Below are positions 13,880 to 24,400 of a stretch of 64,000 nt of DNA, piece after piece. Each line of letters starts with the position of its first letter. The first letter of the stretch is position 1. The stretch is taken from contig CM059432.1 of NCBI GenBank assembly GCA_030390025.1, forward strand, positions 74,774,001-74,838,000, written 5' to 3'. The notes under the pieces were generated by a model. That model worked only from the letters and a program-made list of their open reading frames with translations, did not search any database and was not told the origin of the DNA. This DNA is from Squalus acanthias. Lineage: Eukaryota. Position numbers and translations under genes: made by a program.

Positions 13880-15756
13880 ATGGAGAGGGTGAGAGAACGC
13901 GCTCATCGCTTCACCGAGCGGGCCTTGGATGCTCTGGTTGGCGCAGTGGAGCGCAGACGATGCATGCTGTTCCCGGAGAGTGGCAGGAGGCCTTTGCCAC
14001 GTGAGTTCAGAAGAGTGTGGAGGGAGGTGGCTCAGAGCGTCTCCTCCAGGAGCATGGTGCCCAGGACCCATGTTCAATGCCGCAAAAAGTTCAACGACCT
14101 CACTCGGGTCGTCAGGGTGAGTGGCTTTTTCTCAATACCTCTCCATCCCTCCATCTCAACCTCACTCTATGGCCAGAGGGTCTTAAAACCCCAATGCACA
14201 ACACTCATCCAACACCTATGGCCCTTTCATCAAACACACACACACATTCCACACTTTGCATACAGTAAGGGCTATTCACCTATGGGAGGCACATCAGGCA
14301 AGACCATGGCTGCATACAGTAAGGGCTATTCACCTATGGGAGGCACATCAGGCAAGACCATGGCTGCATACAGTAAGGGCTATTCACCTATGGGAGGCAC
14401 ATCAGGCAAGACCATGGCTGTATATTTACTCAGATGCTGTCCTTTTTCTTGCAGGCTAAGCTGGCTCATAATCGGAGACAGCAGCAACGGATGGGTGGAG
14501 GGCGGCTTCAGCTGCAACCCCTCAGCGATCTGGAGGAGCGCGTCCACAGGATTGTGGCAAGCCGGGTGATCGGTCCCGTCGCCACTGGAGACGCCGACCC
14601 CGTTGTGGACAGCAATGGTAAGGTCATCACCTTTTTGTCCTCTGTCCTTCCACTTGTCCCTCACAATACCAGCCTTTGACACTTTCAATCCAACTTGCTA
14701 ACTCGCTGCACTTATTCCTCCCTTACTGCCACCCTGTCCTCACGCTAAAGCCACTCTTGTACCTCCCTGCTTTCAGATGGTGATTCACCAGCTGAGGAGA
14801 CGGGCCCTGAAGCTGCCACTGGGAGTGATGCTGCAGCTGAGGAGGAAGAGGAAGCCGGAGCATCAGTGCCACCCTCTCCCGAGGAAGCCCATGGCCACAC
14901 TGGGAACACGCCTTCCCCGGAGGGGAGCAGGGGGGAAGGGGCTGATGATGGTGAAGCTCCAGGACCCAGCGGGCTGCAGCAACGCCATGGGGGGGGTAGG
15001 GAAGAACGGGGGCCTTCTCCCCAGAGGGAGAGTATGCCAGACACTCCTACTGCAATGGACGCAGAGGAGGAGCGGCTGATTGCAGAAATGAACAGCCAGG
15101 CGGTGGGCATGCACACTGAGCTCATGGGTGCAGTGGGAAGGGTGCCCGAATGCATTGAATCACTGGCAAGGAGTGTGGAGCACTTCGCTGTAGCACAGGC
15201 GGATGCCACACTAAAGCTTAGTGCTGCAATTCAGTCACTGGCTGCCAGGAACCCATCTGAGACTGCTCTCATGCAGACTCAGATTGAGGCCACGCGAGCA
15301 CTGACTGCTGCCATCCTCGATGGTTCGTGCACATGTCCCCGGGGCTGTCACCGCGCCGCAGCAGGCCAGCAATCTGTTCTCCGGCAAATTGCTCCGGATG
15401 CTGAAGTGCTGCCCCGTAGGAGTGCCAGTGTGTCGGGCGAGCAGGGAGTTGCTGTCCTCTCTCACGATGACAGCATTCCTGCTGCCAACACTGTCACTTC
15501 TCCACTGCACTTGCCACCGCCTGTAGGACAGACTGCTGCCGCCCATGCAGAGTTGGTGCAGTCTGCAGCCGGGCCCTCCAGGCCCAGAAGTGGTCGAGGC
15601 CGTCCTTCAGGGGCATCTGCAGTGTCAGGGTCTGACGAGCAGCAGCCTTCCACCAGCCTTGCTGCAGCCACTGAGGTCCCATTACGGAGGAGCAGTAGGG
15701 TTAGAAGGGGGGAAGTGCGCAAGGGAAGGAGATCACCCTCGAAGGGCAAAAAGTAG
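13880..15756 (+). CDS. Harbinger Myb/SANT-like DNA-binding protein, predicted 3 exons (13880-14116, 14455-14617, 14777-15756), 459 aa
   Basis: Exon 1 encodes RFTERALDALV...WREVA...RTHVQCRKKFNDL (trihelix/MADF-type Myb). Splice sites are AGG|GTGAGT, TTGCAG|GCT, ATG|GTAAGG and TTTCAG|AT. Phases 0 and 1 join into one open frame of 1380 nt. The C-terminus is basic and NLS-like. Confidence 0.85.
14257..14424. repeat. 54-bp minisatellite, 3 copies, in Myb gene intron 1
   Basis: TGCATACAGTAAGGGCTATTCACCTATGGGAGGCACATCAGGCAAGACCATGGC repeated perfectly three times. Confidence 0.95.
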
Positions 15757-15883
15757 GAGGTGTGCCAAAATGCTGGTCATTTTTTTATTAAAGGCCGAGG
15801 TTCATGGTCCAACTTTTGTTTAGTGTTTTGGACATTATCTCCAGGTTGTGAGAACCAGTTATGTTATTGACTGTTTTTTTGTG

Positions 15884-15939
15884 TTTATTTCTATGAGTTT
15901 GTCATGAGGAATTGACACACACAGAGTTTGTAAAATAAA
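15884..15939. terminator. Candidate poly(A) signals for the two convergent Harbinger genes
   Basis: AATAAA on + at 15934-15939 and TTTATT (AATAAA on -) at 15884-15889, between the two stop codons. Confidence 0.5.
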
Positions 15940-16050
15940 TAAGTTTCTGTATTCAAAATATACATGGCTGGTGGTTGGAATTATTGGTGCCTTGGCCGGC
16001 TTAGGGGTTGCGTGCTGGGTTGATTAGTGTTTGTAGCAATGGCAGGGGCC

Positions 16051-17211
16051 CTAGAAGCGGCTTGCTATTAGTCGTTGACGGACGGCCCTTGCAGTTTGAC
16101 CATTGTGAGCCGCCCTCCCGCCTTGGTGCTGCTGATGATCATCGTCCTCGTCCTCTTCCTCCTCTTCCTCCTCCTCCTCTGGTGGTGCTACAAGGCCTGG
16201 TGGCATTGGCTGGGTCCTGAGGATTGCCATGTTGTGCAACATGCAGCACACGACTACGAAGTTCGAAACTTGCTCAGGCGAGTACTGCAGGGCTCCTCCG
16301 GAATGGTCCAGACAGCGGAACCGTTGTTTCAGCACGCCGATTGTGCGCTCAATAATGCTCCTGGTTGCTTGATGGCTTTCATTGTACCGCAGCTCAGCAG
16401 GGGTGTTTGGCGTACGGAGCGGTGTCATCAGCCAGGTGCTCAATGCGTACCCCTTGTCCCCCAGAAGCCAACCAACTGGCTGATGCGGTGCCTCGAAAAG
16501 TTCTGCCACAGTAGTCTGGTGCAGGATGAAGGCATCGTGGCAGCTGCCCGGATAGTGGGCATTGACAGCGAGTATCACCTGTCTGTGGTCACAGACCAAC
16601 TGCACATTCAAGGAATGGAACCCCTTTCTATTCCTGAATTCCTCTGCATTCTCTCGCGGGGCACGCAAAGCCACATGCGTGCAGTCAATGGCGCCCTGCA
16701 CCATGGGGAAGTCCGCTACCCTCGCAAAGCCCAGAGCACGGTCACGCTGCTTGTCTGGGGTCATAGGGAAAGAGATGAAGTCTCGTCTCCTTCTGAAGAG
16801 GGCATTGGTGACCTGCCGGATGCAGCGATGCACCGCAAACTGGGAGATATTGGCGAGGTCCCCAACAGCAGCTTGGAATGAGCCAGTGGCGTAGAAGTTC
16901 AAAGCCACTGTGACCTTCACTGCCACCGACAGAGATGTCCTGGACCTCAGCTGAGGCTGCAGATCTGGCTGCAGCAGGTGGCAGAGCTCAGTGACCACCT
17001 CCTTGCTGAATCGCAGCCTTCGCAAACACAGCTCCTCGGACATATGGATGTAGGAGAGCTGTTCACGATATACCCTGGGAGGGTAAGCTCTCCTGTACAT
17101 GCGCCTGATGGCCCTCCTCCGTCTGGCCATCATTGCCACTCTCTGTCTGCGTCTCACTATCCTCCGATTCAGCTGGAGCAGGACGACGCCCCCAATCATT
17201 GCAGCCCCCAT
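16051..17211 (-). CDS. Harbinger DDE transposase (HARBI1-family), 386 aa, uninterrupted
   Basis: Catalytic motifs GAIDCTHV, LGDKGY and IERTIGVLKQRF, plus NRKGFHSLNVQLVCD, PGSCHDAFIL and CCMLHN. N-terminal HTH-like region and an acidic tail. Confidence 0.96.
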   Translation of the reverse strand: MGAAMIGGVVLLQLNRRIVRRRQRVAMMARRRRAIRRMYRRAYPPRVYREQLSYIHMSEELCLRRLRFSKEVVTELCHLLQPDLQPQLRSRTSLSVAVKVTVALNFYATGSFQAAVGDLANISQFAVHRCIRQVTNALFRRRRDFISFPMTPDKQRDRALGFARVADFPMVQGAIDCTHVALRAPRENAEEFRNRKGFHSLNVQLVCDHRQVILAVNAHYPGSCHDAFILHQTTVAELFEAPHQPVGWLLGDKGYALSTWLMTPLRTPNTPAELRYNESHQATRSIIERTIGVLKQRFRCLDHSGGALQYSPEQVSNFVVVCCMLHNMAILRTQPMPPGLVAPPEEEEEEEEEDEDDDHQQHQGGRAAHNGQTARAVRQRLIASRF

Positions 17212-17315
17212 ATTCTCTTTGCCAGAAAAGTAATGAGGTACAGCAACTAAAGTAGCAACAAAGTTAGGATGAACTAGGCCAAACTACCTCACAAAGCGTT
17301 GAGTCAATGTAGAAG

Positions 17316-17353
17316 TCTCTCTCTCTCTCTCTCCGAATCTCTCTCTCTCTCTC
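17316..17353. repeat. (CT)n microsatellite upstream of the transposase start
   Basis: Two CT runs separated by CGAAT. A (GA)n counterpart is present in the MITE at ~35329-35344. Confidence 0.85.
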
Positions 17354-17949
17354 AGAACGAGTGGTGCATAAATGTCGACCACAGAAAAAGACAGGAAGAG
17401 GCCCCCTTTAAATAGCGCCCCCCCCAGCCCCACACCGATTGATAACGTTCCAGTCTTCCGGTCGTTGGAAGCGCCAGGCGGTAAGGCAGGGGGCGCCACT
17501 CAATTTCCGCTCCGGGGCGCCCCAAGGGCGTTGCACCATGGAATGACGTCACAATCTGCGCGCGCAGGTGGTCGCAGCGGTAAGTTTTAGCGCCGCCGCA
17601 CAATCTCAAGTTAAGTTCTCGAGCGGCGCAAACAGCGCTGCGCCCGGGCGTTAGCGGCTTAACGCCCCATTAGCGCCCTCTTAAGGCGCTAACGGGAGGC
17701 GCAACCAAGTGAATTTTCCCCCCATTGAATATAACTGGAGAAAAATTAGTTTTTCACATTTAAGCAAATCAAATCAAACTGCTTTGGAAGATTTCACCAT
17801 AGCAACCGCGACTCCAAGGTTAAATCTTAGACCGAAACTTAATCTTTGTTAAACAAACTTTTTGTTGTTCTTCTCAGTTTTACACACCAGCTTAACTTAA
17901 ATTGTAGTTCAAAGTTTTTTTCAATTCTTGGGGCACAATCTATTGCAGC

Positions 17950-18425
17950 CACACATCGTGGCATTGCCTTCGCTACTGGATCCCTCTTTAACTAACCGTT
18001 GAATCGGCTCTGCTTTCCCTGCAAAGTCTGATATAAAATTCCTGCAGTAGTTAAATAGTCCCAACATTTTCCTCACTCCCCGGACGGTCTCTGGCCTTGG
18101 CATGTCTTTATGGCTGCCTTTTTGGGTTCAATTTAAAGCCAGCTTTCTTAAGTGTAATGCTCCCATATGTCCTTTGGCATCCTCTGATGCAATCATTATG
18201 TCATCGACATATTGAAGTAGGGCACTCTGATATTTTGATAGGTTTAACTCGTCTAAGGCTTGACTCAGTACATGGTGGAATATATTTGGATTATTGTGGA
18301 ACCCCTGCGGGACCCTGGTTCATGTATACTGTCTATCCCTGACAGTAAAGGCGAATTTCCCTTGTGATTCCTCTGCCAATGGTATGGATCAGAACCCGTT
18401 CCGTGTCCAAGACTGTAAATATTTT
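17950..18425 (-). pseudogene. pol: Retroviral reverse transcriptase fragments
   Basis: Manual minus-strand translation gives FTVLD..NGF*SIPLAEESQGKFAFTV, RVPQGFHNNPNIFH, LLQYVDDIMIAS (YVDD at 18200-18211) and MPRPETVRGVRKMLGLFNYCRNFI. Stops and deletions are present. Confidence 0.92.
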
Positions 18426-19159
18426 AAAGTCTGGTTTCAGACCATTAAATATCTTATTCAATGTGATCTACACAAATTTACACCAACCAAAATTTCACCG
18501 TGGCCACAATGAAAGTCCGGTTTTAATAGGTTAATTCACCTCTAACTCCAATTCAATCCAGATCAGTTTTTTTAAACTAACCAGTATCACTTGGAAAAGA
18601 AAAAAACCACACTAACAAAGAAACAATTACTCATGCCTTGTAAACATTCAAATTCATTTTCTTCCAGGCACATTGGCAACTGTGACTTCAAGGCTGAAGC
18701 TTATCTTTTGTAAAACAAGTAACAAACTTAAAACAACACACTTGTCCGTCATTCAAGACAGGTCTCCAAAGGGTTAAACAGCTTTTAGCTCTCTGTACAA
18801 AAGAGTGGGTGGAGCTAAAACAAAACTGACTTCTGTTTTTTTTTAAAACAGACTTTCAGACAAAGGAAATACTATAACTTCTTAAACATTCACAGTCAGG
18901 AAAACTTTCTCCCTTTAACACACACTTCCACACAAACTTAGATCCCAGCATTCCTTTTAAGATTCCTTTCACTCAACAAATCTTGTGTTTATTTGTCTCG
19001 GCACAGACATTAATAACTTCCATGTCGGTAAAACTTTAAATTTCTCTCTTTTTTCTTTTTACATAGGTGTCTCAGCAGCTTTCCTGGCTTTCCAAATCCT
19101 TTTTTTTTTGTCTAAGCTGAGTTTTCAGATTGGTTAGCCTGCAAATTAGATCTTTTCCT

Positions 19160-19306
19160 TCTTTATCTTTGGTTTGTCGGACGGGGCAAATCAGTTAAAG
19201 ATACTGATGCTCCTGTATCAACTAGCATTTCACACGATTGGCCCCCTAATAATGCTGCAATGTAGACTCAGTTATCCGAGCCTCCTTTTACTGGGGCCAC
19301 CTCCCG
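19160..19306 (-). pseudogene. pro: Retroviral aspartic protease, N-terminal fragment
   Basis: Manual translation gives VYIAALLGGQSCEMLVDTGASVSLT (DTG at 19211-19219), in frame with the Gag stop. One internal TGA. Confidence 0.88.
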
Positions 19307-20350
19307 TCATTGACTCTTCCCCTTTGACTGGAGGTACTCCATAAAGTCCCTTCTATTCTCCGGACTGAGATAAGCGCCCTGTGTCTGGTCCACGTCTCCT
19401 TTCTTCTGCCAGCAGTTGTGACTCTGGTGTCCTAGCTTACCACAATAGTCACATCCCCCTTTCTTTCCACTCCTGCAATCCTTCGCCATATGTCCCACTT
19501 TTCCACAAGTATAACAGCTCCCCTGAATCCTCTTGTACGGTTGCGATGCACCCCCCTGCTGCTACCTCTTACTGATTGAATTTTTCCCCAATTTATAGTA
19601 GGACCCCCAAGCGCTGTTTCTACTGCGGTCTTAAAGGGTCCATATGCTGCCCATTGCACCGCCCGTCCGGCACTCGGAGGTACTACATCTGCCCATTCTC
19701 CATCCTGCATGCCTGCAGCGGGGTTTACATTTCTCCATTTGTCGGCTGGGCATGATGCCCTAACTAACTGATGGATATCCTTACAGTGTAAATCATGGAT
19801 GTCCCACATTCCCTCTAGATTTCTCCAGAACTCGGCGTTCTGACTACGGGGTTTGAGGGTTCCCAAATCTTTGAGAACAGCTTGTTTTTCAAGAGGCGTG
19901 AAAGCCCGATATCGACTGTTGGCTGCCGCTGGATATCGTATTACGGGTGCCATCAGCACTACCGGAACGTCCCCTTCGTTTTCGATTGGGGCCGAGGCAT
20001 ACGGTGGGGGCCTTTCTTTATCCTCACCATTTCTATTCCCTCTATTTGTCAATTCCATCCGTTCTATTATACTTTCTAATTCGGCTATTCTCTTTCCTTG
20101 TTCTTCCATCTTACTGGTTTGTGTCTTAACCCCTTTTGTTATCATTATCAACTGATGTATTAAAATTACTCCTGCCTTTCTAGTTTTCTTTTGTTTCTGC
20201 TTCTCCCACCACTCCCGTTGCACCATTAGGTTTCCTAGTGGATCCCATCCATCCTTCTTCATTTATCAATAAAACCCTTTTGGTCCTCGGCGTAGAGCCG
20301 ACTCATGGATCCTGGCGGGCCCCAATCTGGTTCCTCGCCCGCCGCCATAA
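19307..20350 (-). pseudogene. gag: Retroviral Gag, frameshifted and partly deleted, with two CCHC zinc knuckles
   Basis: ORF 19432-20262 has a PPPY late-domain motif and a CA-like region. In a shifted frame are CYTCGKVGHMAKDC and CDYCGKLGHQSHNC, ending at TGA 19307-19309. The exact start is uncertain. Confidence 0.88.
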
Positions 20351-20935
20351 TGTATTATTCTTTGTCACTAGTTTACCGCGTTCCGGTCCACCCTAGCAAC
20401 TCGTTTTCAGAGGTTCTGCCTATCGTCCACCACTTGTATGATGGTGGCCTGACTTGTAACTATCTTGCTCTCAGAGGTGAAGGTTTCACTTGTCTCAGAG
20501 GTGATGTTTCACTTGTAGCCATTAATACATTATCACAATTCTTCACGTAATACCATCCAATAGATCCCGCAACGCAACGCAACGCAGCAGAGAGGTTCTT
20601 ACAAATTCTTTGTCTGTCTCGGATTCCCAACTAACTCTGGCCGTCACGTGGGGTCCAATCGCCCTCTTAATTTCGGCTCAGCATGGGTCCTCGAGACATT
20701 TACATTCCGAAATAACACATCAGGCTTCAATCATCTTAACCACTATTAATACATTACAAACACTTCATGTGCCACCTAGGTTTTAATAAACTGTTTCCCT
20801 ACCGTTACAGACACCAGATTCGTTTGATACTGTGTTGCCGAACACACCCCCCTTCCGAGTGACCCAATTTCTGGGCGGTCAAAGATTTGACTACTTGCCC
20901 CGTTCACTGGTACAGGCGGTTTTCAGCTCCGAAGT

Positions 20936-20953
20936 ATCCTGTTCGTGACGCCA
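20936..20953 (-). other. Primer binding site complementary to tRNA-Ser (probably CGA)
   Basis: Minus strand TGGCGTCACGAACAGGAT, 2 nt from the LTR end. The + strand ATCCTGTTCGTGACG-CCA matches my recollection of a vertebrate tRNA-Ser(CGA) 3' end (not searched). Confidence 0.8.
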
Positions 20954-20955
20954 TT

Positions 20956-21484
20956 TGTTGTGGAGAAATTATTTCACTCCATTCTGTATCATAGGTACAA
21001 GCAAACAGTTTATTAATGTTCAAAGATCTTTGGGAGAAGATGTCATAAACCCCTTGGCTTAGTGACTACGTCTTCTCGAAATTACAGCGGTATGAGATTC
21101 CTTTTATACATTAATCATCCAATCACATAGCCTTAGCAACAGATTTCTAATTAAAATATGTGCGTTAGGTTCAAATGTTACTTCCCTACCGAAACTACAA
21201 GCATAGCGGTTTGCCTCACATTTGTCCAACTCGGACTAGCCGGTCTAGCCAGTCTAGCCAGTCATGCGGTGATTGTGTAATCGTTGTACTATTATTGCCT
21301 TGGTGGCCTCCTTGGTGGGCCTCAATGTTGAACACAGACATTACTCATTGCACTGTCAGCGAAACCATTTTCTATTTACGAATTTACTTCTGACGGCACA
21401 TTTTTAAGAAACCATTTTCTATTTACGAATTTACTTCTTACAGCACATTCTTTAATTTTACATTTCTTATTAAAATCCTATAAT
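20956..21484 (-). repeat. ERV 5' LTR (outer ~15 bp missing)
   Basis: Direct repeat of 10464-10983 with about 8 substitutions and one extra 9-bp unit. It lacks the terminal AAATTTACTCCTACA. Confidence 0.95.
21101..21125 (-). promoter_or_regulatory. LTR promoter: TATA box (TATAAAAG) and nearby CCAAT
   Basis: + strand CTTTTATACA at 21101-21110 followed by CCAAT. The same arrangement is in the other LTR at ~10609-10631. Confidence 0.7.
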
Positions 21485-24400
21485 GGATCAATACAAGGAA
21501 TCAATACAAGGGATCAGAACAAGGGATCAATAAAAGTGATCAATATAATGGATAAATACTTGGGATCAGGACAGGTGATCAGAATAAGGGATCAGAGTAG
21601 GGATCAATAAAAGGGATCAGTACAAGGGATCAGTACAAGGGATCAATACAAGGGATCAATACAAGGAATCAATACAAGGAATCAATACAAGGAATTAATA
21701 GAATGGATCAATACAAAGGATCAGTACAAGGAATCAATACAAGGGATCAGGACATGGGGATCAATACAAGGGATGAGAACAAGGGATCAATAAAAGTGAT
21801 CAATAGAATGGATAAATACAAGGGATCAGGACAGGTGATCAGAACAAGGGATCAGAGTAGGGATCAATAAAAGGGATCAGTACAAGGGATCAGTACAAGC
21901 GATCAATACAAGGGATCAATACAAGGAATCAATACAAGGAATCAATACAAGAGATCAATAGAAAGAATCAATACAAGGGATCAGTACAAGGGATTAATAG
22001 AAGGGATTAATAGAAGGGATCAATACAAGGGATCAATACAAGGGATCAGTACAAGAGATCAATAGAAAGAATCAATACAAGGGATCAGTACAAGGGATTA
22101 ATAGAAGGGATTAATAGAAGGAATCAATACAAGGAATCAATACAAGGGATCAGGACAGGGGATCAAAACAAGGAATCAGAACAAGGGAACAATACATAGA
22201 ACAGTGCAAGGGACCAGTACAAGGGATGAATACAAGGGATCAATAGAAGGGATAAATACAAGAGATCAGTACAAGGGATCAATACAAGGGATTAATAGAA
22301 GGGATAAATACAAGGGATCAGTACAAGACATCAGTACAAGGGAGCAATATAAGGGATCAATACAAGGGATCAATAAAAAGGGATCAATACAAGTGATCAG
22401 TACAAGGGATCAGTTCAAGGGACTAATACAAGGGATCAATCTAAGGGATCAATACAAGGGAGCAGTGCAAGGGGATCTATATAATGGATCAATAGAAGGG
22501 ATCAATACAAGGGATCAATACAAGGTATCATTAGAAGAGAAGAATGAAAGGTATCAATATGAGTGAACAATACAAGGTATCAGTACAAGGGATAAAGAAG
22601 GGATCAATAGAGGGATAATTACAAGGGATCAGGACAGGGGATCAGGATAAGGGATCTGGACAAGGGATCAATACAAGGGATCAATACAATGGATCAATAC
22701 AAGGGATTAATACAAAGGGACAATACAAGGGTTGAATAGAATGGATCAACAGAAGGGATCAATACAAGGGATCAATACAATGGATCAGGACAGGGGATCA
22801 ATACAAGGGATCAGAACAATGGATCAATACAAGTGATCAATAGAATGGGTAAATAGAAGGGATCAGGACAGGGGATCAGAATAAGGGATCAATAAAAAGG
22901 GATCAATACAAGTGATCAGTACAAGGGATCCGTTCAAGAGATCAGTACAAGGGATCCGTTCAAGAGATCAACACAAGGGATCAATAAAAAGGGATCAATA
23001 CAAGTGATCAGTACCAGGGACCTGTTCAAGGGATCAATCTATGGGATCAATACAAGGGATCAGTACAAGGGGATCAATATAACGGGTCAATAGAAGGAAT
23101 CAATACAAGGGATAAATACAAGGTATCATTAGAAGAGTACAATAAAAGGGATCAATACGAGTGATCAATTCAAGGGATCAGTACTAGGGATCAAGAAGGG
23201 ATCAATAGAAGGGATAATTACAAGGGATCAGGACAGGGGATCAGGACAGGGGATAAGGACAAGGGATCAATACAATGGATTAATAGAAGGGATCAATAGA
23301 AGGGATAAATACAAGGGATCAGGTCAGGGGATCTGGAGAAGGAATCAGGACAAGGGATCAATACAAGGGATCAATACGAGGGATTAATAGAAGGGATAAA
23401 TACAAGGGATCAGGACAGGGGATCAGGATAAGGGATCAGGACAAGGGATCAATACAAGTTATCAATAGAATGGATAAATACAAGGGATCAGTACAAGGGA
23501 TCAGTTCAAGGGATTACTAGAAGGAATCAATACAAGGGATCAATACAAGGGATCAGGACAGGGGATCAATACAAGGGATCAGGACAGGGGATCAATACAA
23601 GGGATCAGAACAAGGGATCAATACAAGTGATCAATAGAATGGATAAATACAAGGGATCAGGACAGGGGATCAGAATAAGGGATCAGGAGAAGGGATCAAT
23701 ACAAGGTATCAGTACAAGAGATCAATAGAAAGAATCAATACAAGGGATCAGTGCAAGGGATTAATAGAAGGAATCAGTACAAGGGATCAATACAAAGTAT
23801 CATGAGAAGAGATCAATACAAGGGATTAATACAAGTGATCAAGAAGGGATCAGTACAAGTGATCAAGAAGGGATCAATAGAAGGGATAATTACAAGGGAT
23901 CAGGACAAGGGATCAATACAAGGGATTAATAGAAGGGTTAAATACAAGGGATCAATACAAGGGATCATTACAAGGAATCAATAAAAAGAGTTCAATACAA
24001 GTGATCAGTACAAGGGATCAGTTCAAAGGACTAATACAAGGGATCAATCTAATGGATCAATACAAGGGAGCAGTACAAGGGGATCAATATTACGGATCAA
24101 TACAAGGGATCAATACAAGGTATCATTAGAAGAGAACAATAAAAGGGATCAATACGAGTGATCAATTCAAGGGATCTGTACAAGGGATCAAGAAGGGATC
24201 GATAGAAGGGATCATTACAAGGGATCAGGACAAGGGATCAATACAATGGATTAATAGAAGGGATCAATAGAAGGGATCAATACAAGGGATTAATAGAAGG
24301 GATAAATACAAGGGATCAGGACAGGGGATCAGGATAAGGGATCAGGACAAAGGATCAATACAAGGGATCAATACAAGGGATTAATAGAAGGAATCAGTAC

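Larger units (their letters stand above)
13520..17723. mobile_element. Autonomous PIF/Harbinger DNA transposon (4204 bp) nested in the ERV
   Basis: Imperfect TIRs GGGGTAGAAATT / AATTTTCCCCCC. Flanking 3-bp duplication ATT (13517-13519, 17724-17726). GC-rich subterminal regions. Convergent transposase and Myb/SANT genes. Confidence 0.95.
10464..21484 (-). mobile_element. Endogenous retrovirus provirus (defective): LTR-PBS-gag-pro-pol fragments-env-PPT-LTR
   Basis: Paired direct LTRs, PBS, PPT, CCHC knuckles, DTG protease motif, YVDD RT motif and Env ISD/CX6CC, all on the minus strand in retroviral order. Confidence 0.96.

Noticed and set aside
13868..14569. 233-aa single-exon Myb protein
   Set aside because: It reads through a canonical GT-AG intron containing a minisatellite. 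The spliced three-exon model fits better.
16075..16881. 268-aa plus-strand ORF and other antisense ORFs over the Harbinger, gag and LINE
   Set aside because: These are shadow frames of real coding sequence with no recognisable motifs.
16051..17211. Host domesticated HARBI1 gene
   Set aside because: The ORF lies between TIRs with a TSD, is paired with a Myb gene and is nested in an ERV, so it is a transposon copy.
20936..20953. tRNA gene, or a tRNA-Lys PBS
   Set aside because: Only the 18-nt 3' complement including CCA is present, so it is a PBS and not a gene. It fits Ser better than the Lys3 PBS TGGCGCCCGAACAGGGAC.
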